This document shows positions 50,596-64,000 of a stretch of DNA of 64,000 nt, piece after piece. Below the pieces are notes generated by a model. The model was not told the origin of the DNA and did not search any database. It saw only the letters and a program-made list of their open reading frames with translations. The stretch covers positions 102,672,001 through 102,736,000 of the forward strand of contig NC_043001.1 in the NCBI RefSeq assembly GCF_006345805.1, written 5' to 3'. Every line of letters begins with the position of its first letter. Within the stretch, counting starts at the first letter, position 1. This DNA comes from Octopus sinensis. Lineage: Eukaryota. Made by a program: the position numbers and the translations under genes.

Positions 50596-51126
50596 AGAAA
50601 GGAAAAACAGTACCAAAGATCAGGTAGCAACTACAGTAAAAGAGAGGTAAGACATCTGAACAGAATCCAGTCAACAAGGTACTGGTTTATGATAATTTAT
50701 TAGATACTACAAAGGTAAGTGACAAATGGTATTCTATATATTAATGATTAAAGTGGAATATTTGAAAGATAAATTCTGTACTAAAACCATAAAATAAACA
50801 TTATGAATGTTTATACAAGATGTGGTAAATACTAAGATAGAATGAGATAGGCAAACTCACAAATAAACGAACAATAAAAGAAATCATTATTATTATTATA
50901 TCATCATCATCATCACAACTGGTGGTGTGCAGGAAGAATCATTGAAGAATTGAATGAAATAGCCTGTGGTGTTTGTTCCAACTCTTTATATTCAGAGTTC
51001 AGATCCCAATGCACCGAACTTTGCTTTCTATCTTTTAGAGGTTGATAAATAAAGTACTTGTCAAGTACTGGAGTCAATATATTTGACTGTCCACTCAACT
51101 CAGATTTCAAGCCTTATGCCTAAATT

Positions 51127-51445
51127 TTGTTTGCTTTTACATCCATGGACAAGATATCTCAAGAACCGCAGGATGGATTCGGATGAAACTTTGAGGGATG
51201 TTTGGCCTCATGACTGGCACAAACTGACTAGATTTGGGGATCGATCCAGTACCAGACAAACTATTCTGGATATTTTTCCAGTTTTTTTTACTTAACTTTT
51301 GAGAGTGGTCGATCCCATTTTTAGTAATCTTGTTTGTGAGAGCAGTCAAGTTTATTTCAGATATTCTCGTTTTAAAAATCATCTCTGGCTAATCATTGAG
51401 AGGACGTTGGAGTTACTTTGGCAGAGGTTTGTGCTCTCTGGGTGT
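51127..51445 (+). mobile_element. second copy of the Crypton-like repeat
   Basis: Aligns with 18290-18580. Confidence 0.55.
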
Positions 51446-52282
51446 TGTTGTTGTTGTTATTATTATCTGACATGCCCAGCTTGTTGATGGAGGTGGCATT
51501 AATACACCAGCTGTTCCTTTACAATGAACTAAGTTAGACAATCATCATCATCATCGTTTAACGTCCGTTTTCCGTGCTAGCACGGGTTGGATGGTTCGAC
51601 CGTGGTCTGGGAAGCCAGGTGGATGCACCAGGCTCCAGTCTGATCTGGCAGTGTTTCTACAGCTGGATGCCCTTCCTTTTTACTCTGAGGGAGAGGCTCT
51701 CTGTTACCAACAGAGGTAGTAGCTCTCTGAACTTTGCTCAGCCTATTCTTATTCTAGAAGCTACCCTCTTGGAGCACCTACCTCCGCTGCTGACTTGGTC
51801 ACCTAGGTAACAGAAGCTATCAACTGCTTCTAGTTTCCACCCTGGAGTCTATTATAATTATTATTATAATTAACAACTTCTTTATAGAAACAATGCATAA
51901 AATACTAAATAAAGCACACAATACTTTAAAAAGTAGAGTTAAATATATTAATTGATAAAACTGTATACTAGTCATTAACAAATGTAAAATTCATATATTA
52001 ACCCAAAACAAACATTGTAAATGTTGCTATAAACTCCAGCACTGCCTCGCTTTACGCTCCCACCAAACAAACATTTTTGTCTGAAAGGTTACACTTTTTC
52101 ATTCAAGTTGTTAATACCTTTCAAGCACTTTTGGACTTATTTTCAGTATTCCCAATCCAACAAGCAATAACAGGTAGGCAAACATATATGAAACTGTGGT
52201 GAAACACCAAACCTAAATTAACCTGAATCAACATTGATTCAATAAGCAAAGACCTTCCTATGCCTGATATCTAGACATCTAC

Positions 52283-52319
<37 letters not shown>

Positions 52320-52511
52320 TTGCATGTATGCACACACACACACACATTGATTAAATCACAGGAAATTTAATAAGCAGATTTGAGCCACCAATATTTAATT
52401 CCATCAAGATAACTATACTTTTTTTTTACATTCTTTCATCTTTTTATGATACAAAACTCTACAAAGAGTATATAAACTTCTCACAAATGTGCACACACAT
52501 GCATGTACACA

Positions 52512-52552
<41 letters not shown>

Positions 52553-53399
52553 ACCACCAAAAGAAGATACTATCAGGTTCTCCAGTTCACAGACCAACAA
52601 TTTCATTAATATTCCGGTAACCTACCAGTTAATTCTGAACACTCTTGTATATCTTCCACATCTCTCACATGCAGTACATAATTCAAAGAACTGCCATACA
52701 ATCACAGTTATCAAGCATTTCTACCTTTATTATCATCACATACACACACTACAAAACACAAAGGCACATCTGTTTGCCATATATTTCACACACTCTACAA
52801 ACAGTCGACTTAGAGACCAAACACATTTAACCACACCCACTACCCACTTCACACACAGTATCTCAAATAAAAGACCACTCAATTATTTTGAGTTCCTTTT
52901 TTTTTTTTTGCCATTAGAAAAAAAAATGAATAACTCAGGATCATATTAAACAGAGCCACAAGATCCACTTTCAAATGAAAAAATAGCTATAAAGAACAGA
53001 CCTGTTTGTATCTTTTGTGCTTATTTTAAAGAAATAGTTTTTACTACATTTAATTAATAATTGGTACATGACAGAACACTATTATCTTCTTTAATATGTT
53101 TACGCAGAGATTTTAAAATGTTATTTAATTCTCACCTTTCTACTTATTTCATTTTAAAAAGTTCCAAGCTACTGTTTGATACAGATGGACTTTCCCTAGT
53201 TTTCTCATTGCTAAAGTAGTCAGACACACATATATTCAAATAGACAGAAATACGAATATATCAGGAAACCAAAAGAGCTGACACAGGATGGGGAACAGTC
53301 AGCTGTAATGCCTTCTAACCTTATATGCTAGTCTTCAGAGATAATATGGGGTCATTCCGGCGGCGGTGGTGGTGGTTAGTTAAAACTTAGTTCAAAAAG

Positions 53400-54340
53400 T
53401 GAAATAGTGTTGTGTAAGATATGCATGGCACTGGGAAGAGATGTGGCATCAGAACATACGGCACACAAATGGTTTGCAAAATTTCTTTCTGGGGTTAAAT
53501 CCTTTGAAGATGGACAATATTAAGAAGACCCTCCCTTAAAAATAATGAAAAGTTGAGTATTTGTGTTGACTGTAATTCTCAGATATTGAGCCAAGAATTC
53601 TTACAAATATTAGACATAGACACTGAAGCTATTCATTGAAATTTGCATCAACTAACAAAATCATGAAAACTAAACAAATGAGTCCCACATGCATCATCAG
53701 ATGACAATAAACTCAAGAGAATAGCAATTTGTCCATCACTCCTTTTGCATAACAAAAACAATCCCACATGATTTTGAAGAGTTTAATCACTTGTGAGGAG
53801 TAAAAAATTATTCTTATACTCAAACAGGAAGATACGTTTCCACTGATTATTACCAAATGATCCAGTACCACACACTTCATCTTCTGAAGGCTATGCTTAG
53901 TATGTGAGGGACAGCAGCCACTATAGTCCACTTTGAGTTTCTTGATACTGGTCAAACAATTATGGCTGAAATCTACTTGATACAACTGAAGCAATATAGT
54001 TTACTTCAAAAGCAGCCAGGGTCAGTTAATGAAAAGAATGTGATATCCTTAAAATACAAAGCAAGGCTTCATACCACAAAGCTTACTCAGAGACTATTTC
54101 AATTTTACAATAGCAGATATTCCCTCATCCACCAAATTCCTGATTTCGTTAAGTAATCTTCAACTCTTTTTATCACTAGACAATTATATGCAAAACATTT
54201 CCACAATAAACAGAAATTGAGGAGGAAGTGGCCAGGTTTTTCTTTTCCTTCTGAAGATAAAGTGTTTTATGAAAGCAGGATTAACAAACTTCTCTCATTG
54301 GGAAAGAGTTGTGGCTTGTAAAGGTGTAAATTGTTAACGT
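53400..54340 (+). mobile_element. decayed mariner transposase
   Basis: ICMALGRDVASEHTAHKWFAKFLSGVKSFEDG (HTH region), KARLHTTKLTQ, PHPP, LFLSLDNYM and FYES.INKL..HWERVVACKG, with many frameshifts. Confidence 0.75.
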
Positions 54341-56219
54341 TCAGTTACAAGACAAACAAAAAATGTCCCAGCATCTTAGTTGCTTACAACAGAGACTGCT
54401 TCATCAGGTTTTGCAGAGTAAAAGCTTCAGTTGCATTCAGTCAAGTCTCATTGCAACTTTACACTAGATTTATTTACATTTTTTATCTTTTGCTTGTTTT
54501 AATCATTAAATAGCAATTATACTGAGGCATTGCTTTGAATAAATCGACTGCAGCACTTATTTCTTTTTAAGACTGGTATTTATTCTGTTGGTCTCCTTCA
54601 TCGAACTGTTAAGTTCAGAGAAGATAAAACACAGCAACATACACAAAGAAAGATGACAAAAGAATAAACAGTCACCTTATGAACTTACAAAGTTCATAAG
54701 ATAATCATTTGCTCCTTTGTCATCTATTTTCTTATTAACACTCTGTACTCGACGAACATTTTGTTTAGAAGTATACATATATTAAGTTCTACACCAGGTC
54801 ATCAATATTACAATGCCTAAGCAACATATATATATATACACAAACACACACACACACACACACAGAACAGGCTTCTTTCAGTTTCTGTCTACCAAATCCA
54901 CTCACAAGTATCTGGTCAGCCCAAGGCCATAGTGGAAGACACTTGCCCAAGATGCACACAACAGGACTGAACCTGGATTCAATCCCACTTTGAGCAAGAC
55001 TCTTCCACCATAGTCTGGTATTGAAAAACACCCAAGTGTGAGTGAACAAATAAACTAAACCTCAAATCCACCAAGCTGGGCTTATCGCTTAAAGCACCAG
55101 TCAAGAGACTCCGCAGCAAAAATGTGCAGAATATAATTATATCAGCATTTCTCACAGAGGAAAGCAGTGTGAGGATTGGAAGTGGGGGACAGGGGAGCAG
55201 ATAGATTGCCATGATTAAGAATTAAGATGGCTTTAAACAAGCTTATCCAACTTTATAACAAAGAAGAACGAAGTATCATCATCATCTTTTAATGTCCATT
55301 TTCCATGCTAGCATGGGTTGGACAGTTCGGCCGGGGTCTGGGAAGCCAGAAGGCTGCACCAGGCTCCAGCTGATCAGGCAGTGTTTCTACAGCTGGATGC
55401 CCTTCCTAACGCTAACCACTCCGAAGTATAGTGATGAAAATTCTATTTTAGCTACAGGTTAATATGGAGGAAGGCAAAAAATTTTCACAAACAAAAATTT
55501 CCAGGAACACAATGGAAGAAGCAGTATTTGCTAGTTTGAGAAGTGCTGGGCTAAGCAATACTAACTGGCTCTAACTTCACATCACTTATGCAAAGTGATA
55601 AATACACATTAAGTAATTACGGGTATCCTTGATAACAGTTAAATATAGTTTCTAAAGGATAGTGTTTCTGTTGACTTGTTCTAGAAACAATGCAATTAAG
55701 ATATGCATGTATCTGTAACGATGAACATTACATGCCAAATTGTGCACAGAGAGTGTATAAGTATGAATATTCAGCTCATTAGGCTATTTTTCCCAAATCC
55801 TATAAACATTTAAAAACAGAAATCATTTACATAGAACATTAAGAGTATCTATACATATGGACATTTACAGAATTATGAATATGTATAATATCCACAAACA
55901 CACACTCACACACAAACACACACTGACATCTACATCTATGTGTGATCACTCAAATTATTTTCATATATTTATATTTAAAAACACACATAATACTTGTGTA
56001 AATATGTATGTTTCTGTGTGTAGCAATGGGTGTATATAAATACGGATAGGAGAGTATTATGCAAATCTGTATTTGTACATGAATACATGACTATATATCT
56101 CTATGACAGCATGGAAAATGCATCTGAAAACAACTCGTATATGTCAATATGCAGATACATAAACATATAAATCTACATTAAAAAGGATCAATATAGCCTT
56201 GTTGGACAAATACGTAAAT

Positions 56220-56370
56220 CTATCATTCATTCATTCATTCATTCATATATGCGTGTGTGTGTGTGTGTGTAGATATACATATATATATAGATAGACAGAT
56301 AGATAGATGGATGGATGGACAGATAGATAGATGGATAGATATACGTAGATAGATAGATAGATAGATAGGG
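56220..56370. repeat. compound microsatellite (TCAT)n-(GT)n-(ATAG)n-(GGAT)n; representative of dozens of SSRs in the window
   Basis: Seen directly. Others include (CA)n 1595-1617, (TG)n 9195-9238, (CT)n 24873-24915, (TA)n 25493-25530, (ATT)n 31026-31072, (CT)n 36130-36200 and (GA)n 58672-58722. Confidence 0.95.
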
Positions 56371-56789
56371 ACTGACATGGCTGTGTGGTTAACAAGCTTG
56401 CTTCCCAACTATGTGGCTTTGGGTTCTGTCACAGTGTGCCCACCTTGGAGAGGTGCTTTCTGCTATAGCTATGGGTAAAAGAAAGCCTTATGAGTGAACT
56501 TAGAAGATGGAAACTGAAAGAAGCCTATCACAAGCATGTGTATATGTATTTGTGTGTACACTCATGGAGGCATCATGTGATGATTGTAACCAAGCCCGCT
56601 GTTCATTTCCAGTCTCTCGTGAAAAATACATGTGGTCATGAGGAAATATTACCTTACTTAGAAACAATGAAGGTTAGTAACAGGAGGGACACCCAGCTGT
56701 AGCAAATCTTGCTTCACCCATGGAAGTATGGAAAAATGGATGTTCAAGATAATAATGAAGTAGTGTTCATATGTGGAGGGTGTATGGGA

Positions 56790-56935
56790 GCCATAAAAAC
56801 CAAAGATAGACTGAAACTGATTTCCTAAAATGTCCTGCTGGCTCTCTGGAAATTGTAGATAATTTTTGCTACCTAGGTGACCTAATTAGCAGTGGAGGAG
56901 GTTGTACAGAAAGTGTAATATTTTTTTTCTTTATT
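56790..56935 (+). mobile_element. RTE RT fragment
   Basis: SLEIVDNFCYLGDLISSGGGCTESVI. Confidence 0.8.
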
Positions 56936-57152
56936 GCCCACTAGGGACTAAACACAGAGGGGACAAACAAGGACAGACAAACGGATTAAGTTGATTATAT
57001 TGACCCCAGTGCATAACTGATACTTAATTTATCGACCCCGAAAGGATGAAAGGCAAAGTCGACCTCGGCGGAATTTGAACTCAGAACGTAGTGGCAAACG
57101 AAAAACTGCTAAGCATTTTGCCTAGCATGCTAACGTTTCTGCCAGCTCTCCG
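56935..57152 (-). mobile_element. SINE family A, full length
   Basis: Reverse complement of the family consensus. Confidence 0.9.
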
Positions 57153-57430
57153 CCTCCGTCAGTCCTCATTCATCTGCATCACATACTATACCAGCACAGT
57201 CTTCTCCTTTCTACACTACATCTTATGCTTCTAATGCCCATTTCTCTCAACACATTTGTAATTAGTTAGACATGCACACTGACATTTCACATCTAGTAAA
57301 GCATGCTAGCTTTATTTCTTTCTAGTCTTTGCATATCCTCTGCAGTTATGGCTCAAGTTTCACAACAATGTAACTGTGCTGTTTGTATATAAGCATCACA
57401 GGACCTTCCTTTCATTCTGAAAAGAGGAAG
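57153..57430 (-). mobile_element. RTE RT C-terminal fragment
   Basis: RMKGRSCDAYIQTA.LHCCET*AITAEDMQRLERNKASML. Confidence 0.7.
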
Positions 57431-57899
57431 GATTCCTATGTCGACACAGATTTGCAGGTTCAACTGGAACTGACAAGACAGAGGACTGCACTGGACTCCA
57501 AGGTCAGCTTTGGCATGGTTTCTATAGTTGGATACCCTTCTTAATGTCAACCACTTTACAGAGTGTGGATTGGGTACATTTTATGTGGCACCAGCACTAG
57601 AAAGGTCACCAAGTAACAGTTCACAAGATACCTCAACTGAGGGGGTGATATTGCATCGAGGGAAGTGAAAGTATGATAGAGGCACAGAAACAGGCGCCAT
57701 GTGAGAGAGAGAGAGGGTGGGGAAAGAGAGAGGGAGCAGATCCTCAAGGTGCAAGTGAACATAAGGGAGAAAGGATAAGGACAGCCGATCAGAAAGGGTG
57801 GGTGGATGGATGGGTAAGTTACCAAAAGATAACAGATTTCTAAACCTTCTCCAGCCATTTTTTTTTCATCCTTATTCTAGCAACTATCTATTCAGAATA

Positions 57900-58520
57900 T
57901 TGCCTTCCACTACTAATTAGCTCTTCTAGGTGAGAGAAACTATCTTCTCCCTTTTAGGGATCCTGATGGGCATTCCAGAAAATCCATTTCCTCTGTGCTC
58001 TCATTGTTTATTGCTCCTATGCATCTGCCACAAACAAAGTCTATTTTCTCTGCTAACCTTCCTGTGATTCTGCTGCACCTATTATGTGCATACAGGTTGC
58101 ACTGACTACAAAGCAGGGAGTTTCTGCTAGCAACTTTCAGCCTACATATAAAACAGGGGTATTTATCAGTAGCACTTCAAAACTGCATCTCATCGAGGCT
58201 AACTCTCAACCTAATTAGTTAGGCTATAACGCTTTCTGCAACTTTCATGACTTGCTCCATCATTTGAAACCTCTGTACTTACTTTAAGCCATGTTCTTTA
58301 CCTATGTAACGTTTGATTTTAATGCTGCTGCACCAGCTGTTGAGTATGATACCTTCCTGTAACAGCCTGGTTAATTAGACAGGTGACTAGACTGCATCCC
58401 ACTCCACCAGATATTTTGAAGCAGCTCACCAGTAATTCCAGATGGACTAGGTCCTTATCTTGCTCACATATCTTTCATTTGCATTATTATGTATCATACT
58501 GCTGTCAACGAGAATGGCTG
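57900..58520 (-). mobile_element. RTE RT N-terminal fragment
   Basis: GPSPSGITGELL, ISGGVGCSLVTCLINQ, EGIILNSWCSSI, YRGFK..EQVMKVAESVIA.LIRLRVSLDEMQF. Confidence 0.8.
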
Positions 58521-58680
58521 GAATCCTCTGTTAGGTTCACATTAAGAACACTCTCTCCCATTCATTCTCCACTTTTAGCAGCCTTTCATAATGATAGCAT
58601 TTCTATGCTTCTTTCTTTTCAGAATCACCAAGTGCAAGTGTAACATTATTATTCTGCCATATCTTCAGAGTGAGCGAGAG

Positions 58681-58725
<45 letters not shown>

Positions 58726-60658
58726 GCATGTGTGTGTGTGCATGCATTTGTGTGCACACACACACACATGCGTATATAATCCTATATTCCATTTACTTCC
58801 TATCTTATTTAGCTGTAAAGAAGTATGCTTATGTTTCTCTACATACCCTATTCCTAATATGTCCCATTACCATTCTGTCCAACCGCCTATTTATCTCTAA
58901 ATCCTTCCAGCTATCTAATTGATCTTGTGTCTATGTGACTACTTCTCTATTTATTGACTAACTTATATAATGACCTATCGATACGATGATTATATAAATA
59001 GAACTACCTACATACTCTAACTTTCTATCTGATCACCATACCATCCATCTATTAAATTTTCCATCTGTGTACCCCTTTAATCCAGTTCCTTGATTTTGTT
59101 TCTATCTGTTTATCTAATTTAATCTAACCTACCCATTTATTCATACACTCTCTTGGTTTATTCCTATCTATTGGTTCTATTCATGTTGTTATTCAACCAT
59201 CTGTTTAATTACAAATCCTTTTATTTGTCCACCTCGTTATCTGCCTACCTCACTGTTCTTCTATCCACTTATCTAACCAGCCAGCAACTTATTGAACCAT
59301 TTGCAATTTATCACTACATACATATATCCAACTTCTCTTCTGTTTATCTATTTATCAAACAAAGGATGCTATTTCACTAATTAATGTTTATTAGTGTGTT
59401 TTATTACAAGTAGTAAGAAGATTTTATTAATTTTATTGTTTTCTAGTCCCTTCAATTTTCCCATTTCATTCCGCCTCACGACCATGTCTCCTCCTACTCC
59501 CCAACAGGAAAACCAGCAAACGTTCAGAAAGGAAATCAAGCATTCTTTTGAATCCTGTGACATCAAATATCCGCAGCATATATGTGCACACACATGGCCA
59601 TTAACTGAAAAGCAAGCAGAGAAGCCTTAGTTATTCGGCATTATGAAAGATCCATGACCAAAGACAAGGAAGCCTGGCAAGGCTTCATTGTTCTAACCAG
59701 CAAGCTAAGCAAATACAATAATGAACTTTTTCCATGAAAATACAATAATGGCTCCTTAAAGAGTATTTCTGCAGAAAAAAGCCTCCACATTTGTAGCCTT
59801 CTTTGCATCAAACTCCATACTGCATATAAAAGTAAATCTCTCACTTCACTCCTTTGATTTCACTCCCTCCTCACCACACACACACACACACATACACAGA
59901 TGCCAAGTGTGAAAGCATTTAGAGGTGCTTGAAACCAAGGTTGCCAATCCTGATAATATTCCTCAATAAATTACTTTCAACAAATGCATCCCAGACTTCA
60001 CCAGAATCCTTTGATCACACTCTGCCCACTACAGACACCTGTACCATTCTTTGGAAACATGCTACAGGGTATCCCATTCCTAAGAAGAGCAACCTCCTCT
60101 TGCTCTGCCAGCTATCAACCAATTGCTTAAGTATTTTTAAAGTATATCTCAGTTTATAAAATAAAGCCATGATTAGTTCTAAGTTCACCAGATGTGTGCC
60201 AAGATCTTGTGACTGTATGTAGGTATACGTTTATATATACCAGTGTGTGTGTGTGTGCATTTGTACAAATATATCTTTCGTGGCTCTCTATAAACTTTTA
60301 ACATCGAAACAGTTTTCAAAATGACCATGAAATTTCCATGAGTGCTGTTAGTTATACAGAATTATAACAACTGACTTTGTAATCTGTTTACACAAAACTA
60401 GTGTAATGAAAAAATTCATGGTGCAAGTAGATGAATGGAGCAGAGCAAATCTGGCTTTAGAGGACAGGAAAGGTAAATATGCACACCAAAACAGATGAAT
60501 TGGTGAAAAGATACAATATGATTTTATACTTAACAGTAGTAAATTCACAGCTTTCAGTATTCTTTTAACCATGCTTCCCTTCACTTTGAGATTAGATAAA
60601 TGTCAGCTGAAAACAAAGTCCTGTTAGGCGTGCTAAACCAACTGTAACTTACAATACC

Positions 60659-60890
60659 TATTTCTTTACTACCCACAAGGGGCTAAACACAGAGAGGACA
60701 AACAAGGACAGACAAACGGATTAAGTCGATTACATCGACCCCAGTGCGTAACTGGTACTTATTTAATCGACCCCGAAAGGATGAAAGGCAAAGTCGACCT
60801 CAGCAGAATTTGAACTCAGAACATAGTGGCAGACAAAATACTGCTAAGCATTTCACCTGGCGTGCTAACGTTTCTGCCAGCTTGCTGCCT
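60659..60890 (-). mobile_element. SINE family A, full length
   Basis: 16-bp TSD TGT(A/T)ACTTACAATACC (60643-60658 / 60891-60906). Confidence 0.92.
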
Positions 60891-61390
60891 TGTTACTTAC
60901 AATACCACCAAGGTGTTTCATACTCCCAGTGGTAATCTAGCAAGAACAGGAAAAGAAGCACACAGGAGAAACTGGAAGGAGTCATGTCTCAGCCGGCAGA
61001 TGAATGACCCGGAAGAGCAAAATGCAAAATATAGCAACTTTGAATTCTTAATCCTTCAAGAAACAGGATAAATCTTGGATATATATAAGAAAATTTTTTA
61101 AAATTATAATTTAAAAAAAAAAAACCCCACATGACTCCACACCTTTTTGTCTCATTTGTCTCAATACTTTTTGAAATATGATCCACATTCATGAATGATT
61201 CCAAAGAACAGTCACATCTCTGAAGAAAGTGAACAATAGCAAAAGACTTAGCAATGAAAGAGATGAAAAAAACTGATATCTGCTACAAGAAGATTTGCAT
61301 TAAACTATTGTCAAATTAATAAAAGGATAATAATAGTCTCTTCAGATCTACGTTTCTTGTTCAGAAGAAATTTTTGTATTGTGTGTTTAA

Positions 61391-61613
61391 CCCTTTAACA
61401 CTTGGAAGATTACTCTGTCAAATGTAACATCTGTTTATCCACACTGTTTTGAATTAATCATGCATTATCTTGTAGCTTTGAGATTTTGATGATGTGGTTG
61501 TTTATTTTTAGAATGACATTGTAGGATCTGTGTGAGAGGCCAAATCTGGTTGGTTTGAACATAAAACTGGTAGATTATTTGGGCCAGATAAGGCTGGTTT
61601 AAATACTAAAGGG
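61391..61613. mobile_element. piggyBac-like MITE
   Basis: TTAA|CCCTTTAACA start and CTAAAGGG end. Confidence 0.6.
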
Positions 61614-61626
61614 TTTGTATTTTTAC

Positions 61627-61716
61627 CAGCAGGAAGGCTATCGACCCTCAACTGTGGCTTCAGGAAGCCCAGAGGAATAACGTAACTAATTTCACAACTT
61701 AATGCTACAGATGCAA
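61627..61716 (-). CDS. candidate internal exon (phase 1 to 1)
   Basis: Acceptor tttcatgattacaaacttag and donor gtaaaa; 90 nt encoding ASVALSCEISYVIPLGFLKPQLRVDSLPA. Confidence 0.35.
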
Positions 61717-63409
61717 CTAAGTTTGTAATCATGAAATTTCCAATGAAAGGCCTTCTACCTTAAACACCCCACCATTGTATTTGCATATATCTGAAAAACT
61801 GATTGTGGTGAAATGCTGAACATCTTTATCATTTAATTAAATAAGAAAATTTTATTCTCACTACCAAGTCACATTTTCAATTATTTTCTCTTTTTTTTTA
61901 ATTCTTAAATTTTAAGAATACTTATTAATTAATTAATTAACATGCATGTGTATAACAAACAAACAAACAAAAGCACACACACGCACAATGAATGATTGTA
62001 ACAAGTCTTCAGTGTATGCATAATTGAACCAGTTGAAATTAAAGACTAAGATCATGAACATCTATCATCATCACCACCATCATCATTTGTATTTCCTCTG
62101 ATTCCATGCTAGTATGGTTTGGAAAAAAAACTTCTTGAGGCAGCATTCTAAAGTTGGACCCTTCATATTCCTACTTTATTCCTTGTCTTCAGGAGGTTGA
62201 ACTGCTGTTAGACTTATTGATGATAGAAACATAAACAAAGTCACCATCAAACTGGCATCCATGCAAAGAGACCCATATACAAACACATACACCTGATTCT
62301 GTACAGTTTAGCATTTAAACCAGTCACACCCAGCCAAAAGATTCTGTTTTTATGCTGCAACTGGCCAGATCTGGACCCTCACACCTATTCTAAAATGTCA
62401 TTCTAGAATTTATGCAATCACATCATCAAATTTTTAAAGATATTAAAATAATGCAAAATTAATTCAAAACAATGAGAATAAATAAACATTGAATTTAACA
62501 GAATAATCTGAATGCTAAAAGCTTCAAGTAAAAAATGAATGCTGTCAACAGTGTGTATTCTGCTTAAAGCACCAAAGTGCCAGGTGGTAGAGTCAAGCTG
62601 AGTCACTCATGTAAAGCAAGAAGGGATCTGAGCTCAGAATGTAAAAGACTGGAACATGTACAGCAAGGCATCTTGCCAGCTGTTCTAATGATTCTGTATT
62701 TCTATGCATGGATGCCAGTTTGATGGTGACTTTGTTTCTGTTTCTAATGATTCCATCAGCCTACGCGTAAGGTAACATTGTAGGTTTTTATAAATAAGGA
62801 ACCAGCCCTAAATAAGAATCTTGATTATTGGCCCTAGAAGGACAAATACCAAAGTTGGTTTTGGTGGGATTTGCAGGCAGAATGCAGGGTGCTTCATTAA
62901 ATACCAACACTATCATTTCACCATTAAAAAGAAGTACTGATTAAGAAAAGAAATAGCCAGACACAAGCACTCTGAAAAGACATGAATAAGGATAGCAAAG
63001 GTTGAGCATATACGAGCACTAATAAAACATGCTATGTTAAAGCTGGCTCATTCTAATTAATCTGGTATGGAAATGTATTTACATTAACAGCTACTGGTCA
63101 CAATAAACAATGAAAGAAAGAAGAGCAATAACAACAATATTGTAATTATAACAATTATGATATCAATAGACACAACAACAGTAATGATAAAGACAACAAC
63201 ACCAACAGGAATAAAAGTAATGATATTAATGATAGTAATACAAATAATGGCAGATGACGATGATGATGATGATAACTGTGGGGTTTGAGATGGTAAAAAT
63301 GATTATTTTTTGCCATTTCAAAAGAAACTTTATTACACATTGATTTAAATTTAAACTTGTGTAGGAAATAGGGTCTCAAATGAAAGTGCATATCAGCAAG
63401 CACCAAGTG

Positions 63410-63665
63410 TGCATACATATGGTATAGTGGTTAAGAGCGCAGGCTACTAACCCCAAGATACCGAGTTCGATTCCAGGCAGGGACTTGAACAACAACAACA
63501 GCAACAACATCAAAAAATACCTGAGGAATGAGGACCCAGGTTCAAAATTTCCTCAAGACACCTGATGAAGGCTGGATGATATATCAGCCAAAACATTGTG
63601 TTAACAACAAACAAAATGAGGACAAATATCCGTCAAATGTAAATAATGTACATAATTCCTCATCT
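63410..63665 (+). mobile_element. tRNA-headed SINE-like element with a Penelope-type hammerhead tail
   Basis: A box TGGTATAGTGG (63420-63430), B box GAGTTCGATTCC (63463-63474), (AAC)n spacer, then GACAC CTGATGA A GGCTG..CAGCC AAAAC ATTGTGTT. Confidence 0.7.
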
Positions 63666-64000
63666 CTTAAATATAAAAACTGTATTACTTGCATGTATAC
63701 TTATAAATCTGCATGTCATAACCATTTTTGTGCATAGTGGTGGGTGTCCTTGGTCCTCTATATTTGTGATCCTGTGTGTATATTTACTATTTATTTATTC
63801 TTAAGCTGTTGTACTACAATCAGACATTGCAATGCAGCCATAATGGAGTACTATCTTTAAGAGGTTAAGCAGATATGAATTTTAATACATACTTCAGTTT
63901 TTTATGGACCTCTATTTACTTTTATGGAGCTTTATTTATCAAACTGTTAAATAACAGGATATAAAGGGATGCAACAACATTTTTTCAACCAGTGTAAACA

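Noticed and set aside
58281-58354. Apparent exon with a perfect gtaagt donor (EGIILNSWCSSIKIKRYIGKEHGLK)
   Set aside because: It lies in frame within a decayed RTE reverse transcriptase. It shows how easily false exons arise here.
63410-63485. tRNA gene
   Set aside because: A and B boxes are present but the acceptor and T stems do not pair; it is a SINE head.

Overview
AT-rich, repeat-saturated eukaryotic (metazoan) DNA with no prokaryotic features, no CRISPR array and no intact RNA gene. The repeat families and microsatellite load resemble octopus / coleoid cephalopod DNA; this is recall-based inference, not verified. Most of the window is non-coding and looks intronic. It contains three tRNA-headed SINE families, 5'-truncated RTE LINE copies carrying a ~66-bp tandem repeat in their 3' UTR, CR1 and R4/Dong LINE fragments, decayed mariner elements, and hAT-, pogo- and piggyBac-like MITEs, some nested. 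The plus strand is A-rich. Several short, phase-compatible open exons with good splice sites lie on the minus strand, suggesting an unidentified multi-exon gene (possibly two); I cannot name the protein. The most notable observations are: (1) Penelope-type hammerhead ribozyme cores, one in the tail of a tRNA-headed SINE; (2) an R4/Dong retrotransposon whose 5' part is inverted with twin-priming geometry; (3) the variable tandem repeat in the RTE 3' UTR; (4) a triple-nested DNA transposon; (5) several fold-back structures. Almost all ORFs in the supplied track are microsatellite, antisense or transposon artefacts. Repeat boundaries without a stated TSD or TIR are approximate.
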